From positions 7,504,063-7,568,062 of the forward strand of contig CM082582.2 in assembly GCA_040954595.2 (NCBI GenBank): 64,000 nucleotides of DNA. Direction: 5' to 3'. This document shows positions 28,835-43,102 of this stretch, one piece after another; the first letter of the stretch is position 1, and every line of letters begins with the position of its first letter. The notes beneath the pieces were generated by a model. It was not told where the DNA came from and ran no database searches. It worked only from the letters and a program-made list of their open reading frames with translations. Source of the DNA: Balanoglossus misakiensis (lineage: Eukaryota; Animalia; Hemichordata). The position numbers and the translations under genes were made by a program.

Positions 28835-30394
28835 ATGGACAAGAAATCCGCCGTTCTGGTTTTGTTACCGACCAAACGAGATGAATTGTTCTTATCGTTC
28901 GTGGCTACACTTTCACACAATGTGAGACAGGCATTCGACTTTCACGTTCTGAAGTCAGGAACGGCGGGGGAGGCTTCAAATCTGTTGGAATACACAGAGA
29001 GGTGCGCGGCTGTTGTCGAGGATGAGGCCATACAGCTGGCAGTTTGCTTCACCGATGTCGGTGCTTTGGTGCTTGCTGCCCTTGTGCAAAGATTTCCACA
29101 TCTAAAGGGCCCGTCAATCGAATCCGTGGGCATCGCCTTTCACAAGTATTACACTCGTCAGATGTTAGACACTGAAGAAACTACATTGAAACACACGATC
29201 ATCGATGTCAGCAACTCCGAGGAAAGCGCAACCGGTCTCACCGACGCACTGAATTCCGTGGGTGTGCCCGCATTTCTGAAACCTTGTACTGGCACCAATT
29301 CCTTGGGGGTCTGCGAAGTATCTTCGAAAGAGCAGCTTCGCCAACAGTTAGAAAGGCTCAGGGGTTTGGGCAAGACAGCTCAGGATTATGGCAAGTCCTT
29401 TTTCGACCACTACATGGACCGTGAGAAGTACCCGTATTTTGCCAAAAACTACGCCCTTTTAGAAGAACTAGTCGATGGTGCTAAGATACTGGCCTTGGAC
29501 GGTTTTGTGTTCAACGGCAAAATATTTCACTGGGCAATATTTGAAAACGTCTACTGGAGGAGTCACAAGAACGCCTTCATGGCCGTCATGTATCCCCCTC
29601 TTTTCGACAAAAAGTCTGCCAATAATCAGGAAGAGGTCGAGAGACGCTTGTGGGAGACGTTCGACAGTGTTATGGGAAAAGCTGTCGAAAGGGGCTTCGA
29701 CAACCAATTCGTGGATATCGAAGTATTTCTCAAACCTGATGGGGACATTAAGATAATGGAAGTAAATCCGAGAATGTTTTCCGAAGCAATTCAGATGTGT
29801 CGTCTGTGCATGGATCACGGCGATCAACTGGTGGCCACCCTTGACATCAACTCGGGAAAACAGCCCGCTCCTTGCTCTTGGAATGGTTACCATGGCATCA
29901 ATGGTTACGTCACAACGTTCGCCTCCGGCAAAGCAGAAGACCTGTTCGATTTTGATGAAGCGAAGAAGTTCCAAGACGATATCTGTACAAAGTGTTGTCC
30001 TGGTGATGTCATCCCGCCCACGGGAGCGGAAGGATTCAATCTTGCTTTTATAAATATCAGAGGAAAAACCCGCAAAGGTGCGAATATATTTTTTCTATAA
30101 AAACACTGTAAAGTTTTCCAACTGTAAGAACGTGTACATCGCAGCGAGTCACAGCGAGTGTCTGTATATTGTAACTGAGTTCAGACCATCGTGCGTTTAA
30201 CACACCGTTAAACTAAATATGAAAACCGAAGGAATGTTTTTCTGAAGCAAGCTTCCGTGTAAAATCTCTCTCTTTCATTCTGTTCTATTTTAGGTGTACT
30301 GCAACGTTACATCAACATATGCAAGAAGTTGTTGAAGAAAATCGAACACAGTCCCGATTTGGATATCGATTATATGATCAACGACTCTCAATAA
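28835..30394 (+). CDS. ATP-grasp amide ligase, copy 2; exons 28835-30077 and 30294-30394
   Basis: Near-identical paralogue of copy 1 with all ATP-grasp motifs intact. Confidence 0.88.
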
Positions 30395-31351
30395 TTAAGC
30401 ATTCAATATTTTATGATGTTTAATTCCCTGAAATCGACTTATTTTTTAAGCCCACCGTTATTTTAATCGTGGCAAAATGAAGACGCCAAGTCGATGAGCC
30501 AATCACGAGGCCTTCCAATATGATTAAAGACAGCTGTAGAGAAAGGTGGTGTATTGACCTCTGATTGGTCTCTGCAGCAGAATGGTTACATTGCATAACG
30601 GCATAATCAGATCGCCGAGACCTTCCAACCATATCGGGGAATTTCTAGTCTTGAATCTTACCCCCTGTTTCCAAATTTTGCATTTAAATTCATTTTTAGA
30701 TCAGTCGGCTACTTTCAAATTTAAGTGCTGAATAAGAAATCCTATATGCTTAGTTCTCCAGACAACATGTCAGGCTGATTTCGACTTTTCCTGATATTGG
30801 TCATGGGGACACTTTGAACATCGCAGGAAGTTGCTTTATGTCAAAGCGAAACCCCAGATATGTGCACAAATTCAAGATTGACTTCAATTTCTCCGTGTTT
30901 TAAACAAATTAATAAAGTATACTTCAATTTTAATGAGTTAATTAAAGACATGCTATCGTCATCGTATAAAGACATTCAATTTCATGGTAGATTTTGCGAT
31001 AAATCATCGCATGAACATAAATGAACCACAACACTTGCAAGATACGCTAATTGTCATCTGAAAGGTTTTATGTTCGTAACCAAGCACCCCCGCTTGCTGG
31101 TTATTACTAGTATGACCTTCAAACATTTGAAGGCTACTCTCTATGAATGTCCTATATCTAGTACCACAGACAAAGAGAAAGGGCAGACTGTCCTATTTGT
31201 CTGTGATAGTAGCTTCAGTTCAAGATGACATAAATATGCCTGTGCATCTAACGCATGCGTAATACTCCTCCTTTCAACATGTTCAATGAACTTTTGGCGT
31301 TTTCGGAGAGGAGGATATAACTGCTATTAACGTTCATCCATAAACAGGACC

Positions 31352-32915
31352 ATGGACAAGAAATCCGCCGTTCTGGTTTTGTTACCGACCAAACGAGATG
31401 AATTTTTCTTATCGTTCGTGGCTACACTTCCACACAATGTGAGACAGGCATTCGACTTTCACGTTCTGAAGTCAGGAACGACGGGGGAGGCTTCAAATCT
31501 GTTGGAATACACAGAGAGGTGCGCGGCTGTTGTCGAGGATGAGGCCATACAGCTGGCAGTTTGCTTCACCGATCTCGGTGCTTTGGTGCTTGCTGCCCTT
31601 GTGCAAAGATTTCCACATCTAAAGGGCCCGTCAATCGAATCCGTGGGCATCGCCTTTCACAAGTATTACACTCGTCAGATGTTAGACACTGAAGAAACTA
31701 CATTGAAACACACGATCATCGATGTCAACAACTCCGAGGAAAGCGCAACCGGTCTCACCGACGCACTGAATTCCGTGGGTGTGCCCGCATTTCTGAAACC
31801 TTGTACTGGCACCAATTCCTTGGGGGTCTGCGAAGTATCTTCGAAAGAGCAGCTTCGCCAACAGTTAGAAAGGCTCAGGGGTTTGGGCAAGACAGCTCAG
31901 GATTATGGCAAGTCCTTTTTCGACCACTACATGGACCGTGAGAAGTACCCGTATTTTGCCAAAAACTACGCCCTTTTAGAAGAACTAGTCGATGGTGCTA
32001 AGATACTGGGCTTGGATGGTTTTGTGTTCAACGGCAAAATATTTCACTGGGCAATATCTGAAAACGTCTACTGGAGGAGTCACAAGAACGCCTTCATGGC
32101 CGTCATGTATCCCCCTCTTTTCGACAAAAAGTCTGCCAATAATCAGAAAGAGGTCGAGAGACGCTTGTGGGAGACGTTCGACAGTGTTATAGGAAAAGCT
32201 GTCGAAAGGGGCTTCGACAACCAATTCGTGGACATCGAAGTATTTCTCAAACCTGATGGGGACATTAAGATAATGGAGGTAAATCCGAGAATGTTCTCCC
32301 AGGCAATTCAGATGTATCGTCTGTGCATGGATCACGGCGATCCACTGGTGGCCACCCTTGATATCAACTTGGGAATACAGCCCGCTTCGTGCTCTTGGAA
32401 TGGTTACCATGGCATCAATGGTTACGTCACAACGTTCGCCTCCGGCAAAGCAGAAGACCTGTTCGATTTTGATGAAGCGAAGAAGTTCCAAGACGATATC
32501 TGTACAAAGTGTTGTCCTGGTGATGTCATCCCGCCCACGGGAGCGGAAGGATTCAATCTTGCTTTTATAAACATCAGAGGAAAAACCCGCAAAGGTGCGA
32601 ATATATTTTTACTATAAAAACACTGTGGAGGTTTGTAAATGTAAGAACGTGTACAGCGCAGCGAGTCACAGCGAATGTCTGTATACATTGTAACTGAGTT
32701 CAGACCATCAGGCGTTTGACACACCGTTAAACTAGATATGAAAACCGAAGGAATGTTTTTTTCTGAAGCAAGCCTCCGTGTAAAATCTCTCTCGTTCATT
32801 CTGGTCTGTTTTAGGTGTACTGCAACGTTACATCAACATATGCAAGAAGTTGTTGAAGAAAATCGAACACAGTCCCGATTTGGATATCGATTATATGATC
32901 AACGACTCTCAATAA
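31352..32915 (+). CDS. ATP-grasp amide ligase, copy 3; exons 31352-32594 and 32815-32915
   Basis: Near-identical paralogue with all motifs intact. Confidence 0.88.
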
Positions 32916-33305
32916 TTAAGCATTCATTTAGGAAATATTTTATGATGTTTAATTCCCTGAAATCGACTTATTTTTTAAAGCCCACCGTTATTTTATCGTG
33001 GCAAAATGGAGACGCCAAATAGACGAATAGTTACGAGGCCTTCCAATAGATTTCGCTCTCTTACAAATTTTGAGTCTTCGATAGGTATTCTTATCCCTTC
33101 ATTGGCCAGTCGTTTGATTTCGTTTTTGTATTTTTGTAACTTCTCATTTTCTTGTTTACACGGACCGTGATGATGATGATGCAAAACACCTTCCACGTGA
33201 TTTTGGTAATTGTATGTGTACCAATATGCCACCAGACGGCCTTCACCCAATTTTGCAGACAGAATAGTTTCTGGGCGTCCCCTATTTAACAGATATAATA
33301 GCTTT

Positions 33306-33763
33306 TATAATATACCTCATGCTAATACTGTGCCGTGATTCGCCAGAATCCGTCACGTGATCGGAAAATAGAATCGACTATGAACCGCTAGGGAAATAGC
33401 AGAAAAAATATAAACCGGTCACGTGACCAGCGTGAGTGCGCAGACTCGGTCACGTCAATCAGCGTCGCGTCGTCTGACACAATGGCCACCGCGGAAGATG
33501 TCGTCTGCCAACCTCAAGAGAAAATTGCAAGATTTTCCCAGCTGTTAGCATGAGGTTTATTATAAAACACCTATAGCCTGGCCTATATTCGGGCCATAGC
33601 AGCCGTTTTTACCCCCTCGTGACTGTGAGTAATACCAGAATCATATGCTATTTCCCTCGGCCTGCGGCCTCGGGAAATAGCATGATTCTGGTAACTCACA
33701 GCCCCTCGGGTGTAATAAACGGCCGCTATGGCCCTCATGGCCAGGCAATAGGTGTTCATTATA
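33306..33763. mobile_element. Two abutting TATA-bounded inverted-repeat elements (33306-33564 with TIRs; 33561-33763 near-full palindrome), Crypton-like non-autonomous type
   Basis: TATAATATACCTCATGCTAA...TTAGCATGAGGTTTATTATA. The second element folds around CCCTCGGCCTGCGGCCTCGGG. Family assignment is from recalled similarity. Confidence 0.7.
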
Positions 33764-34087
33764 CCCGGTAATTCTATTGTTCTCCCTGTTCTGTACATTA
33801 AACGTTGACCTTTGCCCTTCTATATTCATATTGCTGTCCTCCAGTGTCCTTCGCTTTGCGTCACCTATACAACCTTTTCTATCGAGTCGCAATTATGTTA
33901 AATCTTGCAGACTATTCGTCAAGAGCGTTCCTTTAGGTCAACCAGTTTCTATACCCCTATGATATCATTTGGCCCTTCCCCCTAAGGGGTTAATACCTAT
34001 ATGGATCGCGTCCAAGCCCATTTTCTCGCACACTGAGTCTTTGGCACTTCGCTCTCGCAGAAGATTTTGACAGAGTATCGCCGAAGT

Positions 34088-37000
34088 ATGACAGAACCGA
34101 AGGACCTCAGAGAGCGCGGCCAAGATGTTTGGTACCGCAAACCGCGCAGTCGACGAATTATCATTTCCGTGTCGATTATCGTGCTGCTGTTGGTGATTTT
34201 GACCGTCCTTATTGTTTTGGCCATGCGGAGCGGCGGCGATCATTTGCCCTCCGATCCACTGGAACGGGCCAAGGTACTGATGAAACGGGTTCCACTCGTC
34301 GATGGGTGAGTTATTGACAAAGTCCTGTGGGATTGGGCTCTGTGATTCGTTTGTCGTCAGTTATTACCAGGCCTGTGCATGCCTGGAGCGATTTCATTCA
34401 ACCTTGCCCTCTGTAGGATTATCAGATCTACTGACTCCACCGCTCTAGATGTTTATCCCCCAAAATTAGCCCATTGTTTACACAATCCTATAACTTGTAC
34501 CTGATTGGTCAAAGCGGCTAGTTCCAGGTGTTAGACTTGCAACTGCAGAAATACCTATAAAGTTGCACAAAACTACACTACATGTACACTACATAAAAGA
34601 CAACTAGTGTCACTACAGAGCCAGTACGTATACGCGGGGACACAGCGTCTTAGGGCAGGGGTCAACATACGGACAATATACACCAACAACGTTAAGTCAT
34701 GCAAGCAATAAGTAGAATTCCACACGAATTTTGAGCGACAGGAAGAAAGGAACAAAACACTAGTCTGGTTTCGAAAGGTGGGGTCAAAAGGTCACATTCT
34801 ACAGCCAAACAAGAACACATGCGTGAACAAACAGAGAACGCGATTGGTTGTGTGCGGGATTGCTTTCTTTCCCTATATCGTTCGGAGATTTATGTGTGAA
34901 CGAACAACAATCTTGAAATCACAAAATCATTCAAAAACACACAACATGAAATGCACAAAAACTGCAAGAATGGCGATACAAGCAACGGGTAACTGAAATT
35001 ACCAGGTCCAAAAGTTCATTTCGCTCAAAGGATCTCTCTTTCTTTTTCCAGTCACAATGATCTGCCATGGCAACTGAAGGTGAATTTTGATAACCGGTTG
35101 GGGCAGATCGATTTGCGGGAGAGCACTGCCGACAAGTTTGGAGACTATGGACACACAGACATCCCTAGACTACGTCAGGGACTGGTGGGGGCGCAGGTGA
35201 ACACACGTGTAGCCATATTGTCGTTTTACTGACTACATGTACATGTTTCTTACCAATGCCACACAATTATGTTCGCTTGCTTATTGTCTTAGCCGCTTGT
35301 TTACAGTTTTGGGTCTCCTACGTTGCCTGTGGAAGTCAGTACAAGGACCCTGTAAGATTTGCACTGGAACAGATCGACGTCATCAAACGGTATACTCACA
35401 AGTACCCGGATGTTTTTGAATTTGTTACCACAGCGCAAGGTAACGTTCTACAATTCAATCATTCAGACGATAAGAATATTTTCGGAGATTTTCACATCAA
35501 ACGAATAAACATTCTTGCTTTTTATTCATCAGAGCATGTTACTGGAAACTATTTGACTTCACCTCATTTACTTACAAGGTGACAAACAAGTGTGCTGTGG
35601 TCCTTCTGTAGGTATATGGGACGCGTTCCATGGCGGGAAGATCGCGAGCATGATCGGTGTGGAGGGAGGTCATGCATTTGACAGTCAGCTCGGAAATCTA
35701 CGCATGTTGTACGACGTGGGTACTCGATACATTACACTCACACATAACTGTAACACCCCCTGGTAAGCGTGCGTCTTTTAATGTACTAGTACGTAATGTT
35801 CCGAATTTCTACAATACACCTTTGCACAAGTACACGTATAACGTGTTTGGTATCATGATTAACTGCTGAATTGACGTACGGGCAATAAAGCAAGATTTCT
35901 GTTCTAGCTGTGTTCACGAAGGGAAAGACTTCCCAATGTCTGTCTCCCCGCTGAAAATCATGTTTCAATTTGGAGAATATTGTATCTTGGTTTATCAACA
36001 CTAACCCCCGAACATACAACCTTCTAGCCATCTCTGCTATCACTTAGAGTAATGCATGCCCACTTTTGTCACAAAAGTATTGTCACGATTTCCATTCAGG
36101 GCTGATAACTGGTTGTGTTCTCAAGACAACAACCCGGAATTTGGGGGTTTGTCCGAATGGGGAGAGGTAAGTAACGACAGTATACGAGTGCAGTCGAAGT
36201 GACGACGAAGAAAAACGAAGTCTTGGCGAGAATACAAATTCACTGTCTGTGACATATAGACCCTCCAATTTCTATGGTTGGCTTCATGTTATTGAGGAAC
36301 TTAACGAGGAAATTACAATATTGCAACATTGTTTTCTCAAAAATTTTAGATATAAGCCTAAGGCTATGGAATATGATAACCAATGTACTGCATCTGTGTA
36401 GTCCCTAGCTTGAAATACATGTAAATACTGTTCCTTCCTACAGGTAGTTATACGCGAGATGAATCGACTGGGCATGCTCATTGACCTTTCACACGTGTCC
36501 TTTGATACCATGCACGACACTTTGCGAGTCACCGAGGCACCTGTCATCTTCAGCCATTCGTCGGCCTTTGCTCTCTGTGCCCATCATCGCAATGTCCCGG
36601 ATGACGTATTGGAAAAAGTGGTATGTTCAGAAAAGTTATCGCTTGAAATTTTTAATACACTACCGACAAAACAAATATCATTATGACATAAGACACGTGG
36701 TAATGCAAATTTTGTCTACTCTGTTTTGGTACCAAAGCAACTGTGTTACATTTTTGTGTCGCAAACATCTTTGACCGTGTCCATTAAACTGCAGAAAGAA
36801 AATGGCGGCGTTGTCATGGTGAATTTCTACGGTCCCTATATCAACTGTCCGCCAATGAATCAGTCAGTTTGCAATCTTACCCAGGTGGCAGGTATGTAAA
36901 CATTACCGAAATATTTTTTTTTAAATCGAGTTTCTTCCATATTATCACATGTCAAAATGCAATTAAATTTCGAATCCAATTATATACAAAGTATTACTTT

Positions 37001-37656
37001 TTAGAGGAACCCTCTCTCTCTCTCGTTGTCGGTAGACCACATTGATTATTTGAAAAGCAAGTGTGGAGTGGATTGTGTTGGAATCGGTGCAGACTACGAC
37101 GGTGCCCCAATGTAAGTAGAACTGTAACTGTGTTGGTGGGGGGTGCCCATGATATTGTGGCATCTCAACTCACTCACTCACTCACTCACTCACTCACTCA
37201 CTCCGTGTGTGGATAGCTCAGCACTTTTGTATGTTTTCAATGTGTTCTAGCATGCCCGAAGGTTTGGAGGACGTTTCCAAATATCCAGATCTCATCGCTG
37301 AAATGATACGACGAGGCTGGAGTGATGGCGACATCGAGAAACTACTCGGCAGGAATCTCATCCGGGCATTTGAACAAGCCGAGCAGGTGAGGGTGACGCC
37401 ATTTTGTGTGCAAACTGTGGCAGGTGTTCCCCATTGTTGACCGTGGGACTAGTCTGGTATGCAGACATGTTTTGCCTGATTTTGTTCAAACTTTGTATAA
37501 ACGCCAATTCTAGTACTGCCCTGACTCAATTCCGTTTTCTTTTTAAAGGTTCGCGATCGACTGTCGCGCACGATTGAACCCTACGACGAGAGTTTACCAC
37601 GTGACAGCGGCGACGAAGTGAACAACACGTGTCGCCATTACGTTTACACGGTGTGA
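34088..37656 (+). CDS. Membrane dipeptidase (MEROPS M19, renal dipeptidase-like) A; 10 exons; N-terminal membrane anchor
   Basis: VDG|[18 protein letters not shown]|[51 protein letters not shown]. Stop codon at 37654-37656. Confidence 0.95.
37168..37203. repeat. (ACTC)n microsatellite
   Basis: Directly visible. Confidence 0.9.
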
Positions 37657-38046
37657 TTTGTAACGGTGGTCGATTGCGATGAAGGTGACTCGGGGAATCG
37701 GTGACATTGGTACGATCACCTACTTAAATGGCGCCAATAGTACTTAGGTGCAAACCCGGATTTCTTAGAAATAAAATACCTCTCACAGACAATTATTGTC
37801 ATTTTTATGATTTTTGATATCATATCTATGCCTTCTATATTAAATATTTAGTGACACATTTTCATTAGCAACAGCGCAGCCAGCGGTGGTTTTGGAGCTG
37901 GGGCAAACAGGACAAAACAAGACGCCCCCTGCTTCCGTGTATTTACTAACATTGCGACTGAGTCGTGTTTTTCACCAGAAGTTGGCCAGTAGGCCTATGT
38001 GATATTTTGGGCAAAATTCACTACAGACTTCAGGTGTATACAAAAC

Positions 38047-41000
38047 ATGGAACCGGAAAAGACAGATTTGTTATCTTCTCCGGACGCAACAAACACCGCG
38101 TACGGTACAACAGGAGGACTGGCTACTTACACGAGAAGTCCGTCGCAGCAACGCAACCGATATCTTGCCGTTTGTGCCGTCGTTGCGATCGTTGTCGTGG
38201 CTCTGTCGGTGGCCATCGCTGTGCCCATTGCGCATAATTCGGCGTCGGAACCAACTTGGGATGACTTCGTGGCCCAAGCCAAGGCTATCATGGAAAGGGT
38301 CCCACTAGTTGACGGGTAGGAGACGAAAATTGTTCATGTGCTGCATTTACACGTACTTTGCCCAAATAGTTCCAGTACACGTCGTTTATGGCGTGGCCCA
38401 CATGTAAAGCAGCATTCAGGCGCCGATGTGAAACGAGAATCGAATTTCCGATTCACATTGTCTTGTAACGATTTCACAGGTGATGCGTCGGTAATATGCA
38501 AATTGCTAACGAAGAATACACATCTAATATATTAGCAGCCACCGGACATGCGCATGCTGTGATCTCGATTAATACCGTTAACGTGTTTTTCCCCCGTCAG
38601 ACACAATGACTTCCCGTGGCAGGCTCTCAGAAACTGGCAAAACCAACTAGCACTGTTTGATATGCGTTCTGACTTGTCGAACTTGACACATACCGACATT
38701 CCCAGACTTAGAGAGGGACACGTGGGGGCTCAGGTAAGGAGACCCTGGTACATGTATTAAAGGTGTATTATACATGAAGCTTTAAAAGGGCCCAATATTT
38801 TTAGCCTCAGCACGTTAACATGTTTCGCCGTTTATTTCCGAAAGTTTCTACCCTCAACATTACAAAAGGCACGGTAACTGTCCCGTTTGTGTACACTATG
38901 ACGTTTTGATGCATGCTCTTGCAGTTTTGGGCGGCGTACGTGTCATGTGACACCCAGTACAAAGACTCGGTGAGACGAACGCTGGACCAGATTGACGTCA
39001 TCAAAAGAATCGTTCGGAAATACAACGGGACATTCGAGTTCGTAACCACTGCACAGGGTATGATGACGTCAGATTTTAATTTACCCTTGGCAAAAGCGCC
39101 TTCAATTTTTGTAGAACGCCAACTACCAAATATCCGTCCACGAAAGCTTTCCATAGACTTCTGTTTAACTTGTTTTCTCGAACGTCTTCCTGATAAAGGA
39201 CACGACCCCTTTCGAACAAACATATTCAGCCATCAATCTGATCAAAATCAGGTGTTGGGTACTGCGACGTCTTTTACTTTACGCGGTACAGCATCCTTAA
39301 ATGTGAAATTTCTGTTAACATGCAGGAATACTTGACGCGCATGCCAAGGGCAAAATAGGGAGCCTTATCGGCGTGGAAGGGGGTCACAGCATCGATAGCA
39401 GTCTTGGTACACTCAGGAGTATGTACGATATAGGGGCACGGTATATGACGATTACACATAACTGTAACACCCCCTGGTAAGTCGGTCAGACTGTAAACTT
39501 TGAAAGTATAGACTTTATATTATAATTATTTTATAAAATTCACAACAACTTGTATGTATTATGACCTCTATCAATATCTGTTAACTATTCATGGCGCACA
39601 CAGACAGAAGTCCTGGTTTGTTTGGTAGCTGGGCAAACATGTCCGTGTTTGTCGGTTGTTGTCTCGTGGAATTTGCATCATGTCTGTAACGAGGGGGGGG
39701 GGGGTGAAACTTCATTACCGGTAATTGCACATTCCCTTCGGTGTGTTTGTAGACTTTCAACCTGGGCCAAAGGGTTATCGATGCAAAATGGGGTCCTAAA
39801 GCACACAATAAGAGGTCAGATCATGTCATCTGATCTTATGACAGGTACCCCCCCCACTCACTCACGCACAGTGCTCTCACGTGAATGCGTCATCTTAGAG
39901 AGCAAACAACTCTAGCAACGTAGAGGGTGTATGTTTAATCCCCGACTTTTTTTGTTTCAGGGCAGATAATTGTGAAATGACACGCGACAACACAAGTGAA
40001 CATAACGGACTCACTGATTGGGGAAAAGTAAGATGTCGCCAGATGGTCATATGAAAATATGTTGCTTTATAGTCTCATTGTATTCGCAAACTTTTGTTTA
40101 TGTGCAGTTATAACTATTTTTTACAATTGCAAGGCTGTTATATTGACAGAAACATAAAAATGTAACGGGAAACGGGAAATGAAAAAAAGAACGATTAGCA
40201 TGATTAAGGTCACAAAAACAAAAAGTGGAATTTTTCTCAGCGGAGAACACTGTTCCTACCTGACCAGACGTGCGTTCACATGTCCCGTGTTGTTTGGGCA
40301 GTTTCCAGTGAAACTTTATCATGTTTTATATCATGTTTTATATATACCGCCTACGTAACGTCGCCTACGGTAGTACGCGTCTTGCTTTTGTCTTCCAGAC
40401 AGTCATCAAAGAAATGAACCGCCTTGGCATGTTGGTGGACCTTTCTCACGTCTCTCAGAAGACGATGGAAGATGCCCTGGAAGTTACTTTCGCCCCCATT
40501 ATATTCAGTCATTCTAGTGCTTACAAGCTGTGCAACCATTATAGGAATGTACCTGATTATATCTTGGAAAGAACGGTATGTGTCTATGTACATAGGTTTC
40601 CACCAACTTGTTTCATTGATTGATTGATTGATTGATCGATCGATCGATCGGTTGGTTGGTTGGTTGGTTGGTTGGTTGGTTGGTTGGTTAGACGCACACA
40701 TGTGGGAATCTTCACGGACACACCATGACATATCATCCACTGGAAACGCGTGATCGAATTTTCTGTCATGTGACAGGGGCATTTCTTTAACTCCCACAGA
40801 AAGAAAATAAAGGCCTGGTCATGGTAACGTTTGTCGGAAGTTTTATCAACTGTGAGCCGAACATGCAGGAGAATGCGACGTTGTCCCAAGTGGCAGGTAT
40901 AAAGTGACCTTCGATGCTAACGTGTTTCTAGTTCTTTATGGAAAAAAATCTACATTTCTAGTTTGGGGTTAGATCCCTATAGTTGGAACAAATCAGTGAA

Positions 41001-41860
41001 AATCGTTGACGTAATTCCGATCGCAATGTTCCTTCCACAGACCATATTGATCATATCGCCAATACAATCGGTCACGATTACGTTGGGATAGGCGGCGACT
41101 ATGATGGTACGACTGGGTAAGAAGAATAAAGGTTATCTCTCTCTCAGACTAAAACGTTTCCTTTCAGGTCACTAATTTCGTTAATATCTAATGTCGGCTG
41201 TTGATATATCGATGACAGGCATAAAACATGCAGACAGACATACAAACAGACGGACGGACATCTGTACAATATTAATCCGCGTGTGTGAACACGGGAGCTG
41301 AAATGACCGTCACTGTACATGTAGGACAATCGAGAAACTTGTACAGATGGGCCTGTACTCTTGATGTTTCAGGCTTCCTATCGGATTGGAAGACGTGTCG
41401 AAATATCCGGACTTGGTGGCTGAAATGCTTTCCAGGGGATGGTCGGAAGAAAATGTAGAGAAATTGATCGGACTCAATCTTGTGAGGGTCTTCAAGGATG
41501 TTGAGAAGGTAGGCCCAGGACAGGCTAATAATCACACTGCAATGACTGAATCTATTTCGGACGGAATTTTAACCCCTATCAGTGACGACATATTGAGTTT
41601 CGAAGGCGTGAAAGAGTTTGTAGTAAAACCTGTGAAATTCTCGCGTGTAGAAACGTGATGCAGGATTGGTGCCACCTATAAACAATGTGTCGCGCATCAA
41701 AACATTCTCTCCGGCTCCATGAGATTTTCTGACTTAATTGCCCTTTCTTTGTTCGTAGGTTCGGGACAGTATGGTGGACGTTCCGCCGTTTGACGACATT
41801 TTGCCAATCGGAGACAGTGAAAGCGAGGCAAATAATACTTGCAGAAGCAAATTTCCGTAG
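38047..41860 (+). CDS. Membrane dipeptidase (M19) B, more divergent; exons 38047-38315, 38601-38733, 38925-39057, 39326-39476, 39961-40027, 40399-40575, 40800-40896, 41041-41116, 41373-41508, 41759-41860
   Basis: Same metal-ligand motifs (HND, EGGH, DLSH, SHS, GGDYDG) and the same intron positions as gene A. Confidence 0.95.
40615..40689. repeat. Compound (ATTG)n(ATCG)n(GTTG)n microsatellite
   Basis: Directly visible. Confidence 0.9.
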
Positions 41861-43102
41861 ATGATGAGGAGAGATTCCCGGATGTAATTGAGCTAACTGT
41901 GACGAGACTTTGTTCATCGTTACTACTACCGCGACTGTGATTATTGGTTTCAGAGTTTCGTAACCAATGATTAGGATACTTGTACCAATGTATGTCGAAA
42001 TAAAAAAACAACAATATAAAGGCAATAAATAATTCTTCAAAGTGTAAAGTAGAAGTTAATGTTCTTATAAAAAGTTTACGGGGTGTCCTTAAAGTTAATT
42101 TCAATGAGACTGGCCATATGTTGACGAGTAGTGTGTAGTGATGAAGCGGGGACAGTATGGATGAAAAAAGCTGACGATTGTGCCCCCACGATAACTTTTG
42201 GATATTTCAGCATGTCTCTCTCTCCAATGAACTTTGTGAGTGTTCACTACCAAGTGGCATGTCGGAAGTGAATTAACATAAGACGCCACGAGTATGTGCA
42301 TTTGTGCCAAGTTATCCAAACAGAAAGTGAAAAGATCGTGTATGACCAGCATTAAAGACAAACCATTCCAGGTGGCAGCTATTAGCTTTGGTCCGAATTT
42401 GCCGTTCAGAGATTGAATTCGTGGTCAAACCATATGCCATTATTTTTTGAAGATCGCTTTTTTCATTAATTAATCCTAAGAAAGTTAGAAACATTATAAT
42501 AATTTTGACAACGTATGTTTAGTATGTTCGTGTGAAAACTTGGCGGACTTCCGATTATCTGTTTTTGAGTAACACTATTCTGAAGACAAAGAAACATGTT
42601 AAAATGACAAGTCGCTCCAGAAAATCATTATGTTTATTAAAGGCTGAAAGTTGAAATAAACTCCCATGTTACGTGTAACACCAGGAAAAAGAACGGTTTG
42701 TATGAAAATGGTCAGTTTTGGGAATTTTGAATTATGTATCCATGCAAAGCTCACAATGATGTCTAAGTTATCGTGTTGCTAGGGGTGTTACGAAACGACA
42801 GCGCGGCTGAATGGGACTGAGAGACAAGAATGACAACGGGTTTGTTAAGTCCCGGTAAACCTCAGTTTGTCCTCATTACAATACCGACATGCACATCACT
42901 CAACCTTGACTATGTGCGAGAGTTCATGAATATTCCATTGTAGTGGGAGTTAGTGAGGTAAGAGGTCCCCGCGCCTGGCGTCGTCCGCACAATTTGAAGT
43001 TGACAGGTCGATACTTTTCGGTTGCGAGTGTGCTCTCGGTATAAAACAATAACACACGTTTTTTCTCTCTCGCAGAAGATTTTGATCAAGTATCGCTGAA
43101 CT

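Larger units (their letters stand above)
25520..33045. repeat. Tandem triplication, unit about 2.5 kb, each unit containing one ATP-grasp gene
   Basis: Start codons are 2506 and 2517 bp apart. Introns, 3' flanks and the intergenic DNA before copies 2 and 3 are almost identical. Confidence 0.92.
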
